This document shows, in pieces, positions 10,281 to 37,700 of a stretch of 64,000 nt of DNA (position 1 is its first letter; each line of letters begins with the position of its first letter). The DNA comes from Catajapyx aquilonaris. Lineage: Eukaryota. Position numbers and translations under genes: made by a program. The notes under the pieces are model-generated. The model searched no databases, was not told the DNA's origin, and saw only the letters and a list, made by a program, of their open reading frames with translations. The DNA is taken from contig KZ538013.1 of assembly GCA_000934665.2 (NCBI GenBank), positions 62,001 to 126,000 on the forward strand. The letters are read 5' to 3'.

Positions 10281-11874
10281 ATGGCGTCTCTAATTATCTG
10301 GGTCTGCTGCCTTGGATTTGTGGCTGCCGTCACAGGCAAGTTCTTTCCATAATTCATGCATTGAAATTGACTGGTGTTGCATCTTCCTTGCTACAAGACA
10401 AAGCCCAGCTAGAGAAAGTGCATTTTAGTAATACAAGTTGCTCTCATACTGCTTATACTGTGTGTCTCATATTTTGCACATGCTGTTAACAGATTTATGT
10501 AGACAGAGTAGCCATACTTATATCTTAGCTGGTTATTAAAATATGCACAATGCTAATTATAAGTATTTCTTATAATTATAATTATAATGTTCAAAATGTA
10601 TAATTTTACAAAGGTTTAAATGGTTACTAATTAAAACTTCAGGTGAGTTATCAACAGTAGAGATGCGCCAGTGCCTGGGCTGCATCTGTCATGGCAAAAC
10701 CAAGTGCAACTTCAACTATGGCTGTGACAGTAGACGTCACTGTGGCCCCTTCAAGATTGACCCTGCTTACTGGGAATTGGCTGGTGCACCTACTGTAGAT
10801 GGCACGGAGGAAAAGGATGAAGATGGCAAGTATATGGGCCTGATGGGACTGGATTGATTTTCTAAGCACCATTTTTTATTCAGCTTACATGAAGTGCGCC
10901 ACTGATGCTGCCTGCTCCTCTAAGACAGTCGTGAATTATTTCAAGAAGCTATCTCAGGTCAGTTAAGTCTAGTTATATGTCTCATTACACATTTGCATAT
11001 TATATATTACTACCAGTCAAATCAATGCTCTTGAAAAAACCAGAAGAGGATCTGTGCCTAAGCCTTGGATTCCTACATGAGCATTATTTTGCACATCAGA
11101 AAAAAAAATTACATCTCCTCTCTGAGAGATAGGTAAGACTTCTTGGATTACACTACTCTGGTGATGATACTGGAAAGATCTGGCTTGTCACACACAATTC
11201 AGATTTTGCTTGTAAGTTTCCATTAGATCATAAAGATTGAAAAATGTATTAAAATTAAATTTCATACCATTTACGATCTTACCACTGACACAAAAAAATT
11301 GAAGTGGTCATGTCTGCTCAAAAATATGGCACCAGTTTTCTATACCTTCAAGTTCCACATATTTCAATATGTCACACTTATAAGTGTGTAGAAACAGTGG
11401 GATAAATACAACACCCACCTGCTACCCAATTACCTTTAAAATGTTGAAATGAATTGAGCTAATTTTCTGTTATTCATCATTTCAATTAAACTCCTGAATC
11501 TGAATATACATCTAACTGATTTCATAAAGAGCTAAAACTCCATTACTTGCAACACAGATTTGGCACCTGAATTAACCCATTTGAACTATGCCACTGCATA
11601 ATCATCATGCGCATATCCAAAGTCATATCATATCTTATCATAAAAGACCCAGCGTGAATGGAACAGGAAGTGACAGCATGGCACAACTTATTTTTAGGAC
11701 TGCAATGGAGACGGTGTGGTTGACTGCAGGGACTTCCTCCGCCTTCACTGGCTGCGTCCTCCTAGGAAGTGCTCAGACAGCACCATTGAGCAATTCTACT
11801 ACTACAGGACTGTCAATGCCTGTCTAGATGCATTTGAGAAGAAAAATAAGGAGCAAGCTATCCCACAGTTGTAG
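10281..11874 (+). CDS. Invertebrate (i-type) lysozyme / destabilase family protein
   Basis: Exons 10281-10335, 10643-10825, 10884-10957 and 11698-11874. Signal peptide MASLIIWVCCLGFVAAVTG. Motifs CLGCIC, CGPFKIDPAYWELAG, YMKCATDAACSSKTVVNYF and DCNGDGVVDCRDFLRLH. Introns 1 and 2 require GC donors. Confidence 0.9.
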
Positions 11875-12847
11875 CTCCCATATCCCAATGATTCTACGTG
11901 TGCCTGTATATAGCAATCTGCATTATGCTGCCTGGTCCAAAACTGCAGTGGTTGAGCGGTTGACATATCATGGTAACTCTATGCTTTTAACCAGTCACGA
12001 AAATGGTTTTACCAAACTGTTCCTCTGCATTCCTTGGCTAGGCAGCCCACATGCAACTGTACTCTGCAAATAAAATATTGCACCCTACGCCACAGTAACA
12101 CTGCTCCCATATATAAACATGAATGCAGCAGCACATTAGATGGTGCTTACCAAGAGCGGCGGGAGCGTCCTCGACTTGTTTATCTTCCAAGGAAGCAGTA
12201 GAAACTGAAGGAAGAAATAAGGAAAAGACAAGGAGCCGGCTGGCAGGTGGAGGCGGCCGGCAGGAGGTCTCCGACTTGTCATAACGTCCGGCCCGGGATT
12301 CAAAATGAGCGCCTTTTTCGTCGGATTCAATATGGCGGGTCATTCACTCCAATATTGTAATTACTAATTGCACATCTCAATTAAGATATTGAGCTTCAAT
12401 GGACCATCCACGAAGCCATAATGCTTCAGATATATATCAAAGTAGTAATTAAAGTGTCCATGAAACCGAGATGGTGTCTGCCCAGGGTTCGAAATAAGGA
12501 TACTGGACTGAAATAATATGATCCAGTGTTGTTTTAAGTTAAGTTTTAATCATGGTTTTAATCAACGGGCTTGATTTCACGGGGAAAACGAGGCTAGTTT
12601 AATGATTGAAGGCCAAGTCCAGCGTGGCCCAATTTGATTTCCACCAGATTGACTGTTGGAGCCGGTTGGAGCATTGGATGCAACATGGCCACCGATCACC
12701 CCAACTCCGACGCATACATATGGCAATTTTTTTGTTTTTTTCTCACCAGCTGCCAGCTCTGTAGTTGCTTCTTGCTTGCTCTTTCCGTGCTGATCAATCA
12801 ACCTGCTGTACAGTAGTGTCCGGTCTCTTCGGCTCTTCCTTCGGTTC

Positions 12848-12850
<3 letters not shown>

Positions 12851-12883
<33 letters not shown>
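12851..12883 (+). repeat. (AG)n microsatellite in the IDE 5' region
   Basis: Pure AG run just upstream of the first IDE ATG. Confidence 0.9.
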
Positions 12884-12885
<2 letters not shown>

Positions 12886-12913
12886 CCTTGCCTGACCGAG
12901 AGTGATTCGGTCC

Positions 12914-22390
<9,477 letters not shown>

Positions 22391-23652
22391 AGACAACAGG
22401 ACAATGGAGTGGAGAAGACTTACGGAGCAGTATCTTGACCCCACAGTCACAAAGAATGCCACGTACAATTTGCTGCAAGGTTGTGCCTCCTTGTCCACTT
22501 TTTAAAGCTTTTTATGTCACGCCGTAAAACTACTGCCGTTGTCTGTACTAGTCTCTGACAAGTGACACTTGACCTTGCTGTGCATTGTAGACTGACTGTG
22601 GCAGCATACCTCATACCACATTGACCCATGCCTGCAAAGAACAGGCCAGTCCATTGTTAAGGATCATGTTAAAATCAGTCAGTGATGATCAATAATATAT
22701 ACTGGATTGCTGTGATTGATACATCTTGTATCCTCCAGCCTCGTTTAGGGGTGCAGGATGGAGTAAGCTCTGTTTTACCAAGGGCAGTTGTAATGGTGAC
22801 AGTATTTTTTAGCATACGATGCAATTTATATCCCACCACTGCTGTGTAAATAAGTTGTACCAAATGAAACCACATTTTGTGCTTTTTACTTGCCGTTTTT
22901 TTTTAACAACTGCCTTTTGTTCCATTTTGACAATTTCCGCACTATCAGGACATCTGAATGCAATATAAACTTGCACAAAAGTAGGGAAGTGAAAATACAC
23001 ATGCAATATTTATCCAAGTAATGCACAATGGATGTTATGTCCCAATGCAGCAATCAAAAGCAGATGCTGCCTAGACACAATCCAGTATGTATTAAAGGTC
23101 AGTGCAGCCATCAGGTGAGAGGACTAGGCCCAATCCCTCCTCTGCCTGTAATAAACATGGGTCACTAGGATCAGGCAAAGCCATGACCAGCAAGGTATAA
23201 TGTTGCTGAGATGCAGTTAACAATAATTGAGGCAAGATGGTGCACTTCACAGATTGCAACTTAGTTGAGATGTACACAAATTGCCTTCCACAAGCACATG
23301 GTGACAATAGGTTGCCCCATTTCCTCAATCATAACTTTACATGTGTTTTGCTTGCCAGTTAACTGCAACTCAGTGAAGCCTCACGTTTCAGTTTTACAAG
23401 AAACGCTCAAATTTTTAAATGAAATAAATTAATTGGTGGTTTTAATATCTTGTTATTTTTCTTTTGTGTCCAACACGTGCCTTCTAAAGACCTAAAAAAT
23501 CTTGCAACTTCCTTAAAATTCGACTAGTCGACTACATAGAGTCAGCACCTCCAAAACTAGACAGTGACTAGCCTTTTGGATCTTGGAATATCCCAATGCT
23601 TCAATCTTTCTTAACATTGCCAATGCTCTTTGTTGCTTATTATTGCTTGGTC

Positions 23653-27583
<3,931 letters not shown>

Positions 27584-30429
27584 CCTTACTAGCTTGTCAA
27601 GAGACCTGGAAATGCCAAGTTGCTAATTAATCACTGCATCTATTAATTCCTGATTTCTACTTTGGTAGTTTGCGAGGCTACCAAAGTACACCCTTACACA
27701 CTAACGCACATAACTAGCTTTCCCTGATATTGTTAATGTAGAAATGTGTCGCAAACACTACCAGCTGTATATTACATCAATACACCGGTTGTTCTGAATC
27801 ACTTGAATTGCAAACTCTGTACAGTACACCAAGGCAACCGACCATGAACGGGTTATGACGTACAAAGTGTTTGCAATTGATGGTCATTCCGCCTTATTCC
27901 AGTTCGAATCACCTCTGGCCACGTACAGGCAACGGAACTGCTTGCAGACCATTCTGCGTACAGTACATTCGCCCGCAATAAGTGCCGGCTTCGTAAATCA
28001 CGCGTGCACTGCAACTGTGCCGTCTGCAAGCACTTCCTACAGGCCTGCTGACCTCCACGCAATAACCCGATCCCGGTGAGCGGGGGGTGTCGGAGAGCAG
28101 GTACCCACCGTGAGTGCTGCGCGACCGGAGATCAGGTCCTGCGTGCCGTGTGGGGAAGACGGAAGAGGACTGATAGCTGGCCACCGCCGTCCTTTTGCAC
28201 AACTCAAGGCCCCCCCACTCCTGCTCTCCCCTTCCCACCCCCACCTTTTTTAAATGAGCCCACTTTCCCCAAGCCTGGAAATAACCCCGTCCCAATACCT
28301 ACTGGAAGACAACAGGACAACTCCAGAATGATCCTGCCTCCTGCGCACGTCCCGTTTACAGATCTTGTCTCGCGTCCCGGGTGACTCCCGCTTACTGGAT
28401 ATTTCCGTAGCCGTCTTAACCGGTTTTATAATGCTGCCCGCCGATCCGGTCTCATTTCTATGCTAATTAGTCATTCATGGACACCGTACGCGTGCTGAGC
28501 GTATGTGGTTGTTGGCCTTTCCTTTGATCTTTGATCCCAATCCAGGTGGTCGGGAAATTTCGCGGAATTTCAGACCTTGTTTCATGATGAATTTTGCATT
28601 GCGCGGTAGCTCATACATATATGTAGTGTAACGTTATTGGTACTGCCAATAGGTACTGCTGAATAATATTTCATATTTTATATTTTTATATGCTGGGGAA
28701 AAAACACAACGTAGTCGTGAATGTCTTCAGTCGTCTTACAAAAATTGCAGTCCTACATAACTTCGCGAAGCAGGGATGACAATAAGGAGACAATATATTG
28801 GAATAATCACTAATCATAGCAATTATAACTGATTATACGTCCTTATATTAGCTACATGAAACATGAATGAAGAGCAATTCGCTGTGTAATTTGTAATTAG
28901 CATAAGTTGTAATCATGTTGTTATACCGATAAAAAGGAATGTCTTAATTCACTTTTTATATTGTCCCACACGAGATCAAGAGCGAACGATGAGCTGCCTA
29001 GCTGTTTGGTGTAACGATACAACAGCCTTGAATTCCGCTATCCACGTATTTCTGCATCTTGACGTAATATGCATGCAAAAAAACAAAAACAAAAAACTAG
29101 GCAATTAGTTATTTATTTCCGCCTTAATTTTCCTGCTATTTTTTCCCCCATCTCGCAGGTTTTGCATGCAGCTCCATCATGACGCAAATTGGCCAGTAAT
29201 GGTGTGTACTGTGTACACATATGTACTACATTAAACATGCCGAACAATCCTTTATTTCCAAGTCCTGCAAATGTGGTAATACGAAAGTCTTTTTTTACGT
29301 ACTAGTTTTCTTTTTATACCGGGTTGCAAATTCCTATATGACGTACGAGCACCGAATGTGTAGGCGAATGCTGCTGACAACACGTCATTAGACGTGTGTT
29401 ACAGATCACGTTATTTCCCGTCCTCCTGCCCTTGAACGCATGCCCTCCCGGTAAATTGACAGATTTCCTAATTGACTCTCTGAAGGAGAATATAGGGATC
29501 AAGGAGGAGGAGCTGATCGTGGTAATGATGAAGGCTGAGGAGAACAGAATGGAACAAACAACTGGAGGAGGTAGATATAGACCTCCTCAGACTGCAGTAA
29601 AAAGGACTGATTATAATGTCGTCAGTCTATCCCTGTGCAGATATCGAGTCCCGATGACCTTTGCCAATATGCCCCCAGGCTCCTTTAAATTGGGGGGCTG
29701 AATTTGCTGGGTGTAGGCTTCCTTGAACTTCACAGGATCACAGCTATTATCGCTCAGGGAATGACCTCCAGATTCCTCACCTTGACCTCCTTATTTTTTA
29801 CTAATGCCATCCTATCTGCACTAGATATTATACCACATCCCTGGTAACACACAGGTCATGATAGAATTATGATTGCTACAGCAACTGTTGCGACACCTTA
29901 TATATGCTAAAAAAAATATTGAACCACATGTGCAGTTGTGTATGAAGTTTCCTGAAGGATGGCAAGACGCACAATTTCTTCCCCCCTTTCTATTATAAAA
30001 TTAATGTTATGTAGTAAAGATGTGTGTAGGGGAATCATGCACACAGCAGCCAATTTTTCCATCATGAACTGACTTCCATCATATGACAAGGACAAATGAA
30101 AAATTGTTTCCCAGGGTCAAACATTTGGTCAAGTTTCTGCTGACTGCCACTTTCATACAGGTGACACCAGTGTATGGGATGGTATAGAAGGAGGTGAAAG
30201 AGTCACGATAATACTGTATGGTGCAAGGATTATTCAAAAGGTCTGCTGGAGATCTTATCATTGAGACACCTGCCCCCATACAATACAATACGCCTGCTAT
30301 GAAGTTGTTGTGGCAACTGGCAACTGACGCAATTTCTCTGGCAGCTCTGTCGGACATTGTCAGAGGCAGATACATCACATTTTGTCCACCATTGGGCCAG
30401 AAATCGCAGGTGTCAAATAAAGAAAACAT

Positions 30430-30727
30430 GGGAGGCACGGTGGTCTGGTGGTTACGCCACTGGCCAGTCAAGCGGGAGGCCGGGGTTCAAATCCTGTCCC
30501 CGTAACCTCTGCTTGGCTGGGTCTTTTTCCGCTTTTCACCTGACATGCCAGGGCAGAATTGCACTCCCTACTCTGCCCAGGGCCAGGAGGAAAGGTCTGG
30601 TGTATTTCACAAAGTCAGAAGTGACTACAAATTACAGCACCCTCCCTTGGAAACTTCCCCTTCCCCCCTAAGAGGGCTCCGCCCTATCAAGGGGTATTAC
30701 AAAATAAAGAAAGAAAGAAAGAAATAA
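30430..30727 (+). mobile_element. tRNA-derived SINE (distinct head)
   Basis: A box GTGGTCTGGTGG and B box GGTTCAAATCC. 3' end CCCCCCTAAGAGGGCTCCGCCCTATCAAGGGGTA followed by (AAAG)n. Short flank match AAAACAT. Confidence 0.8.
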
Positions 30728-31436
30728 AACATCACCTTTAGACTGGTTGATCGCAGCAGCTCACTTTATACTTTTTACTGCGCATGCGGATATTGAGGTG
30801 GGGCAATCCCATTATGTCCTGAGGTTAGATCAAGACCCAACCTATCTGTGGCATAAGCGATGTAAACTTCCTACATTTCACTGATTTTCTAGATATGTGT
30901 TGCCACGATTTAATTTACAGCCCTCGTATATTGACCATAAATCTGAGTGCGAACTGTCGTTAATATATGGCCGGGATGCGGATATAATATATTAGCACCC
31001 AGCAATTCACTTGTAATTTACACAATTCTTTAAAAAATACATTTTTGTTTCTTCAGTACTCTGATGTATTTCACTTGAAGCAGTGCACATGTCACAAAAC
31101 CTGCTTTGGCAGAAAATTGACTTACACTTGTTGTTTATTTCCAGCTACCTCTTACAGAAAGATACAGTAGAAATAAGAAATACAATATGATTTAACACAT
31201 ACAGTCAGTCCATATGGAAATACCTGCAGTTGAGGCAGAGGTACAGTATGTAATTCAAGAACAGCTTGTGGAAACATCATTGGGTTAATGTGCATTTATG
31301 CCAAATACCTTTACTTGAAGAAACTGCATAGAACTATATCTACATTTTTTTGCACTGTAGTAAGAAAACAACTGATGGATCAGAAAAAGTCAACAAAATG
31401 AAAACAAATGGAATACAGTGCTTGACCTGCACTTGG

Positions 31437-34400
31437 TCACTCCTTCCTCCTCCTCTTTTTCCCTTCAGCTTTGGTATCTTCTGATTTCCTCTTTCTGCCC
31501 CTTCTCTTTGGAGGACTGCTTGCAGCGTCGTTCTCTTTCTCTTGTTCCTCTCCCCCACTCGCTTCATCCTACAATATATATCTCTATGCTGTTACCCTGC
31601 CTGATGGACTACATGCAATTGCAAAATACACTACAGTACCATGAACAGCAGGTAATGTGACACAAAAGGCTCGCTCACACAGTCATAAATAATAGCGTAA
31701 CCTGGTCATGCCAGATAACATACCTGATCAATGGGAGGTTGTCCAACCCTGATGCGAAAGTCCCTGGCACTTCCACCTCTCACCCACCTGTTCATCTGTA
31801 CCTGCAAACCAGTAAGCAAAAATTACTGACATATCTACTACGCAAATATGGCCAAATAAAAGAGGAAGAGGACATCTCTCACATCTATAAATAACAAGTG
31901 CTACTGCTCTGATTCCGTATGTGTGGTAGCCTATTTAGCCAATTGCATCAGACTGGAGCAGTCTAATGGAGCTGAATGAACAAACCATGACTGTGATCCT
32001 GCACATTGTAGTTATGGCTTTTTCTTTGTAAGACTGACAGTGAGTGAAGCATGCATGTACGAGTGTGTGCATGTAGAAGGCCTGACCTTAGCCTTCTTGG
32101 CCAGATTGGCGAGTGACTTCTCACACCTCTCCACACTGAGGACAAGGCTGGAAGTAAGGGTGGACTCCTTGGTGAGTCTCCCTGCTCCACCTTTCCCCTT
32201 CTTCTTCTTTTTACCAGGCTCCATACCAGTTGTCTGAAATGCATAAGGACATAACTCCATATAGCTGAGCGTAATCTACTTCAGAACTTCGGCACAAATG
32301 TTAATGTCTGCATAATTAAGTGAACTATGGTCAGGCCTAATTGCAGTAAAGTGACTATTGCATTAATTGACCAATTGACACAAATTGATTCAGAAAAATG
32401 TAAATTTAGTTTTTCACATGAATAGTTATTTGGATATCAATTAGCCTCATAGCAAATTAATCAATTAGGAAAGCAAATTATGTCCTACTTGAGAGCAATA
32501 ATTTTGAAAAATTCCCTCACTGGTCTGTTTACATCTCTCTTTATGTAAATACTGTGGCAGCCCACTCCTATTGAAATAGACTAATGTCAAGATGGTATTT
32601 TGTGTGATTCCTGAAAGATTCCAGCACAATACATGGGAAAAACCACCTATATCGATCATCTAGAAGGGTTGCTAAAGTATCAGAAAAAGCTGCTGTCACT
32701 GTGAAGACAGAATCAGTTCCAGCTGCATGTCACTTCTTGAACCAGTCAGTAATCATAATGTCAAGGAACTCAAGCTCTGAGAGAACATACCTCAACGAAC
32801 CAGAGAAATCCATCCAGAGCAGATTTAAGTGGGCCACATGCCAGTTCTGCAGTTTTGTCGAAGCTAGAAAGCCATCAGTTTCAATTAATAAATGCAACAA
32901 AAAAACAGCAATAATATCATCAGTTCATCACCATTTTCAGTATCAGGAGTGCACCCTGCTCAAGACAGTTGGTTAACACTCACCCTGTGTGATCAATGGT
33001 ACCCTTCTTCTTTGTGTAGCATACAAACATGTGATCAGTAAGGATCCTCAGGCAGAGATAAAAATGAGTCAAGACCTTTCCAACGGCTCGTGACCCATTC
33101 GGATTTTCACTCGCATCCACCTGTGCCACCTCCTGCAGGGCATATCCTATGTCATAAAGCTTCTCACACACTAGGCGCTCCTGAGCCTCAAGGCCTTCTA
33201 GGTTCCCCTCTGAAATAGGGAAATCATTGACTCCTTACATTAGCAGGCTGCATCATAATTTCAAGTATGCACAAGTAGGCCCTGATTTACAAAGCTCTAT
33301 TTGACAACTTTTCACAATAGCAACCTTTTCGAAATTACTGTAAATTTTTTTTAAACAAAAGAATGAAAATAAGGAAAGAATCAAAACACAAACACATTGC
33401 TGCAACACCTCTGAGTCCAAACACGAAATAGCTTTTTTTTTTGTGGTGCATTGCGCCAGGTCACAGATATACAATATTAGGAAGGCCTTGTTTTAAGACT
33501 TTTAATTTTACAACCCTGTTTTGCTGGAACCTAACCCCATCACAAAACAGAGTCTAACAGTATTGGTTAACCAATGACTACCTTTACCTTCTTCCCCATT
33601 CATATGTATTACAGAAAATTTTTTGTTACTAAGGGTAAATAAGTGGCATTTACCAACTGGGCTGAGAAACTTCTTCTTACGAAGCCAGTACAAGATGCCT
33701 TCCACCAGACCCAGGATATGTTCTAGATGGTCAACAGCAACCTGCAGGCTGACATGAGCCATGCCAGATCCACCAACAATGTTGAAGTGAGTAGTGGGTT
33801 CCACCTCCTTGTCCTAAGAAAAAGAATACCATCAGATTCTGATACATTTTTTGTGTTTTTTTTTGGCACTTCTAAAGATAAAATTTTGGGGGTGGAGACA
33901 GACTTGAAAGATCAGATAAAATACCTAATCAATATATCGATCATGTCTCATTGGATTGATTTGTAAGGTTAAGATTTAAGTGTGCATGAACAGTGTCTTT
34001 TTCATGCTTAAATTGAGAGCCTACCAAACACTTTCTCATTTTATGCAAAAAAAAACGACATTTCCTTGATCTGTTTGGCTAAATTAAAAGACAGAAAAAT
34101 ACAAAAGGATCCTGAGTGCAAATGGCAGTGCAGTGGAGGCTACCACAGCATACAATTGGCTGTTAGGTTATCTCAAGGACCCCTGTCTACTGAGAGCTAA
34201 TCACATTCACCAGGGAAAATAGCGATTTCTTTCGGGGGGTGCTGACAGGAAGGGTTTTCTTATCTTTCTTTTTCTCATTTGTATGGCTGAGACATATTGT
34301 GTCACTGTGAACTTCTTGAGGGAGGGACCTACCAGCATCAAGTATTACAGGATTTCTGAAGCAGTAGTGGTGTAGTGGTATGGTGTCCGACTGCTAATCG

Positions 34401-34644
34401 GGAGGTCCTGGGTTCGAATCCCGGAGGCCGGCGACCCTGATCATGGTTTTCTGTCGTTTCCCATGGTCATCGGAGGATAATTCCGGGGTCGTTACCATAA
34501 TTATAGGCCACAGCCACTTCCTTCCTTACCTATCCTTGCCTCAATTCCGATGAAAAAGTATAGTAAAAATGGAAAGAGTTCCAGACAAAAAAATTGGGAG
34601 AAATCCCCTCCTAATAAAGCCTAAAGGGCTGATAATGGGGTATC

Positions 34645-34710
<66 letters not shown>

Positions 34711-37700
34711 GTATTACAGGTTTTCTGCCCACAAATTGTCCAGGTGCCATCCCTTCATGTCCAGACCTCTTCCTTTAACTCGCTAGATGGAAGGAGCTTG
34801 GCCATTTTCGGAAAATAGGAACATGAAATTTTCTATTACCATCAAGCCACAAGGGAAGTGTGTTTGGCCATCCCTTAGGTAATTATGATTCAACCACAGC
34901 AGAAATGAAAGAACAGGAGATGTTGAATCCAACAACAGAAATCATTAACTCCTTCCTCACTTTTTTATCCCTTAATTTTTGTATTTTGGTTTTCATTTCC
35001 CTTATCTGCAGCACCCCCCGAGTGAGCACTCCAGGTGATGTGATAAGCCTCATTTTTGTCATATTTGACCTTAACACCTAGCAACTATGTAAAATACATG
35101 ACAAACAGTTTGGTATCCTCCAAGTTCACATATCATTCATGATATGGCCATACGGACTAGATCGAAACCCGCATTCCTTACGATTTGTGAAGAGAGTGCA
35201 AACTTCAATTCAATCTCCTGAAAAATTACACTTTTGTGGATTATCACCTTTTTCCACCACACCCTGCAAATCATACTTAAATATATATCGAAGTAATACT
35301 TCGACCATGACATGTCAAATGACCTGAGTCGTTGCTCCAGTTTGCTAAGGATATCCTAGCCCAAGATGATCATAACTTCCCTCCTAAATATTGATAACTT
35401 CACTCATTTCATCATTTGTTTTGCTCAGACACAGAAAATCCACCCTGTCCTAAACCACCTCCTACAAACCTCTTCAACATCTCCCAATTCAAGATGCACA
35501 CGTTGCATGATCTCTTCCACCACTTCCATGCTGTCCTTCTGACGGGCCACAGTAGACAGCAACACTTCCAGGACTTTCTTGCAGGCTATCCTATCTTCCA
35601 GGGTGTAGTCATTGCAAAATTCATACAAGGAAGTACATGCCTGCTTTGACTGGGGGAGATCTGGCGGGGCACTGATCAACACTCGCTCAAGTAGCTGAAC
35701 AACAGGGACAACAAGGCATTGCCATGCCTGATTCTTCTGGGCCGAGAACAGCATAGAAGTCAGGTGCTCAGCAGCATGACACTCACCATCTAAAACAACA
35801 CATTAATGTTACATAGGGTGCTTCTTTGTCCAAGTGTGGGACAGAATGTTTTGTCTGACTCACCTATGGATTTAATAAGGACGTGGACTTTGCCTGGTGT
35901 TTGAGAGGTACACAAGCTAAACAGTTTAACAAAATAATCCATGGACAGTTTCAGCACTTGCAGCTGGTCTTGTTCAATAGACTCACTGCTAGTCAACAGC
36001 TTGCAGCATGCCGCAAAAAGGACCCTAGAGAAAGAGAAAAGTTATGCTACAGGAGAACATAAGTCGGCTCCCCATGTGCCACAGCAATATGCCCATGACA
36101 ACACCATAGGAATGTCTGAAACTGACTATTCCCTCTTGCAGTATGTCTCAATCAAAAATTTACTTCACTTTTTTGGCCCTAGCTTATATCTATAATACTC
36201 CATCATCTGTGCTAACTTGTGTGCTCCAGGCAGTAAACAGAGTATATCACACAGTAACATAAATGTAGCAAGTTCTTAGCACAATTTCTTGCGATGCACA
36301 CACAAAATATAAAGTTGAAAAATTCAGCCTGCTAATTCCCTAAATAAATAAACCATAATATTGGAAAACAATCAGATATCCCCCCAAAATTATATACCTC
36401 ATACTTGAAATTTGATTCAAGTGGATTGACATGTCTCAGATCGTACTCTTACACAGGGAAATAATGTTTTACAATTATTGCACAACACATTTGATATGTT
36501 CTGCCTCCTTTTAATAAGCAAAAGTCAAAATGAGGTACAGCTGACTCAAGTATGTTATTATTTATTTTATACCCCGTCAACCCCATTTTGAGGTCTCCAA
36601 GCTTACCCAAGAATCCGGCAATGCATATCAAAGTGGGAGTCAGACGTAAGCCCCACACCAAATTTACTCTTGGCTTGATCCACCTTCTCCAGAAGCAGTC
36701 TGACCAGGTACATCTGGAAGGAGCCCTTCTCCAGCAAGGGAAGTATTGCAGCCTCCTCCTCCTCACCCCTGCAAAACACAAGCTAGTGTCACTGAGGCTG
36801 ACACACTCTCACCTTCTCACTCTCAAACATACCCAAACATGGCCTGGAAAACAGAGTCAAGAAATTCCATGGATATGATGCTGACCAACTCTGGCTTGCC
36901 CTTGGGTGATGATGTACTGCCAGTTTCCCCCTTCTTGGGTCTCCCTTTTCCCCTACCAGTAGGAATGGCTGTTATGACCTCCGCTACCACTTCATACCCA
37001 GAGAAGATCTGAACTACATGCAAGGATGTCTCAGAGCATATCTTGAAGTCCCTCATGAAGGTGTATTCCATCAAAGCCTCATATACATGGCAAATCTCAC
37101 GGGCTCGCAGAAGCTTCACTTGGCTCTCGTCATCACTACCATGCAGGTCTTCATCCTTCTTCTAAGGGCAAGAAAAAACACTAGACTGCAGGATAACATT
37201 TGAAGATATTGAAATGCTGTGAAGCAGGAAAAAAGTTGAAATTCATTTATGACACTCATTCATCCACCACCGGTAAAAACAAGGTTGGGGTAAATAAAGT
37301 GGATGAGGCAATTCCATGCAGCCTGGGTCATAATCTGGTGTTACAGGTATCTTGGTTCATAAAGGTCTCGCTTCTATGTGGCAAAATGTTCTGGTTTACA
37401 ACGTACAGTATAGTCAAAAGTAATTACTGTAGCTCTCAGTATAATACCCTGACATGGCCTGTACATTCAACCACTCCTTTTGCCCCAGCAAACTTTAGAA
37501 GTTATATTTATATTTAATGGGAATATTGATCTTCTAGACTTTAGAGTAGCTTGGGAAAATGATTAGTAGCATGTATGGTACACACCATGACCTGGTTGTT
37601 GGCATTGTATGGTACAGGGGCTGAGTACACTCTAATGGTAATTGGGCCCCAAGAGGTCAGTTGGTGAGCCTCTTTTGAAATACCTCCTGGCAGTTTGTCA

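Noticed and set aside
29396..29701. 101-aa ORF between GOT1 and FANCI
   Set aside because: No recognisable domain or splice structure. It may be a decayed LINE 3' fragment, but support is too weak to annotate.
34359..34430. tRNA-like sequence with a GCT anticodon-like loop (also SINE heads at 13507, 19104, 30430, 38800 and 39027)
   Set aside because: Each continues into a SINE body, mostly with a tail and TSD, and lacks a proper acceptor stem, so they are not tRNA genes.
34541..34778. Poly-Asn and poly-Leu ORFs (likewise poly-Ile at 39174-39449 and poly-Tyr at 55808-56002)
   Set aside because: They are translations of (ATT)n or (TAG)n microsatellites.
34883..35077. Minus-strand ORF as a possible extra FANCI exon
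   Set aside because: The flanking exons join directly (LGDVEE|DKEVEPTTHF) in line with the known FANCI sequence, and the ORF has no recognisable similarity.
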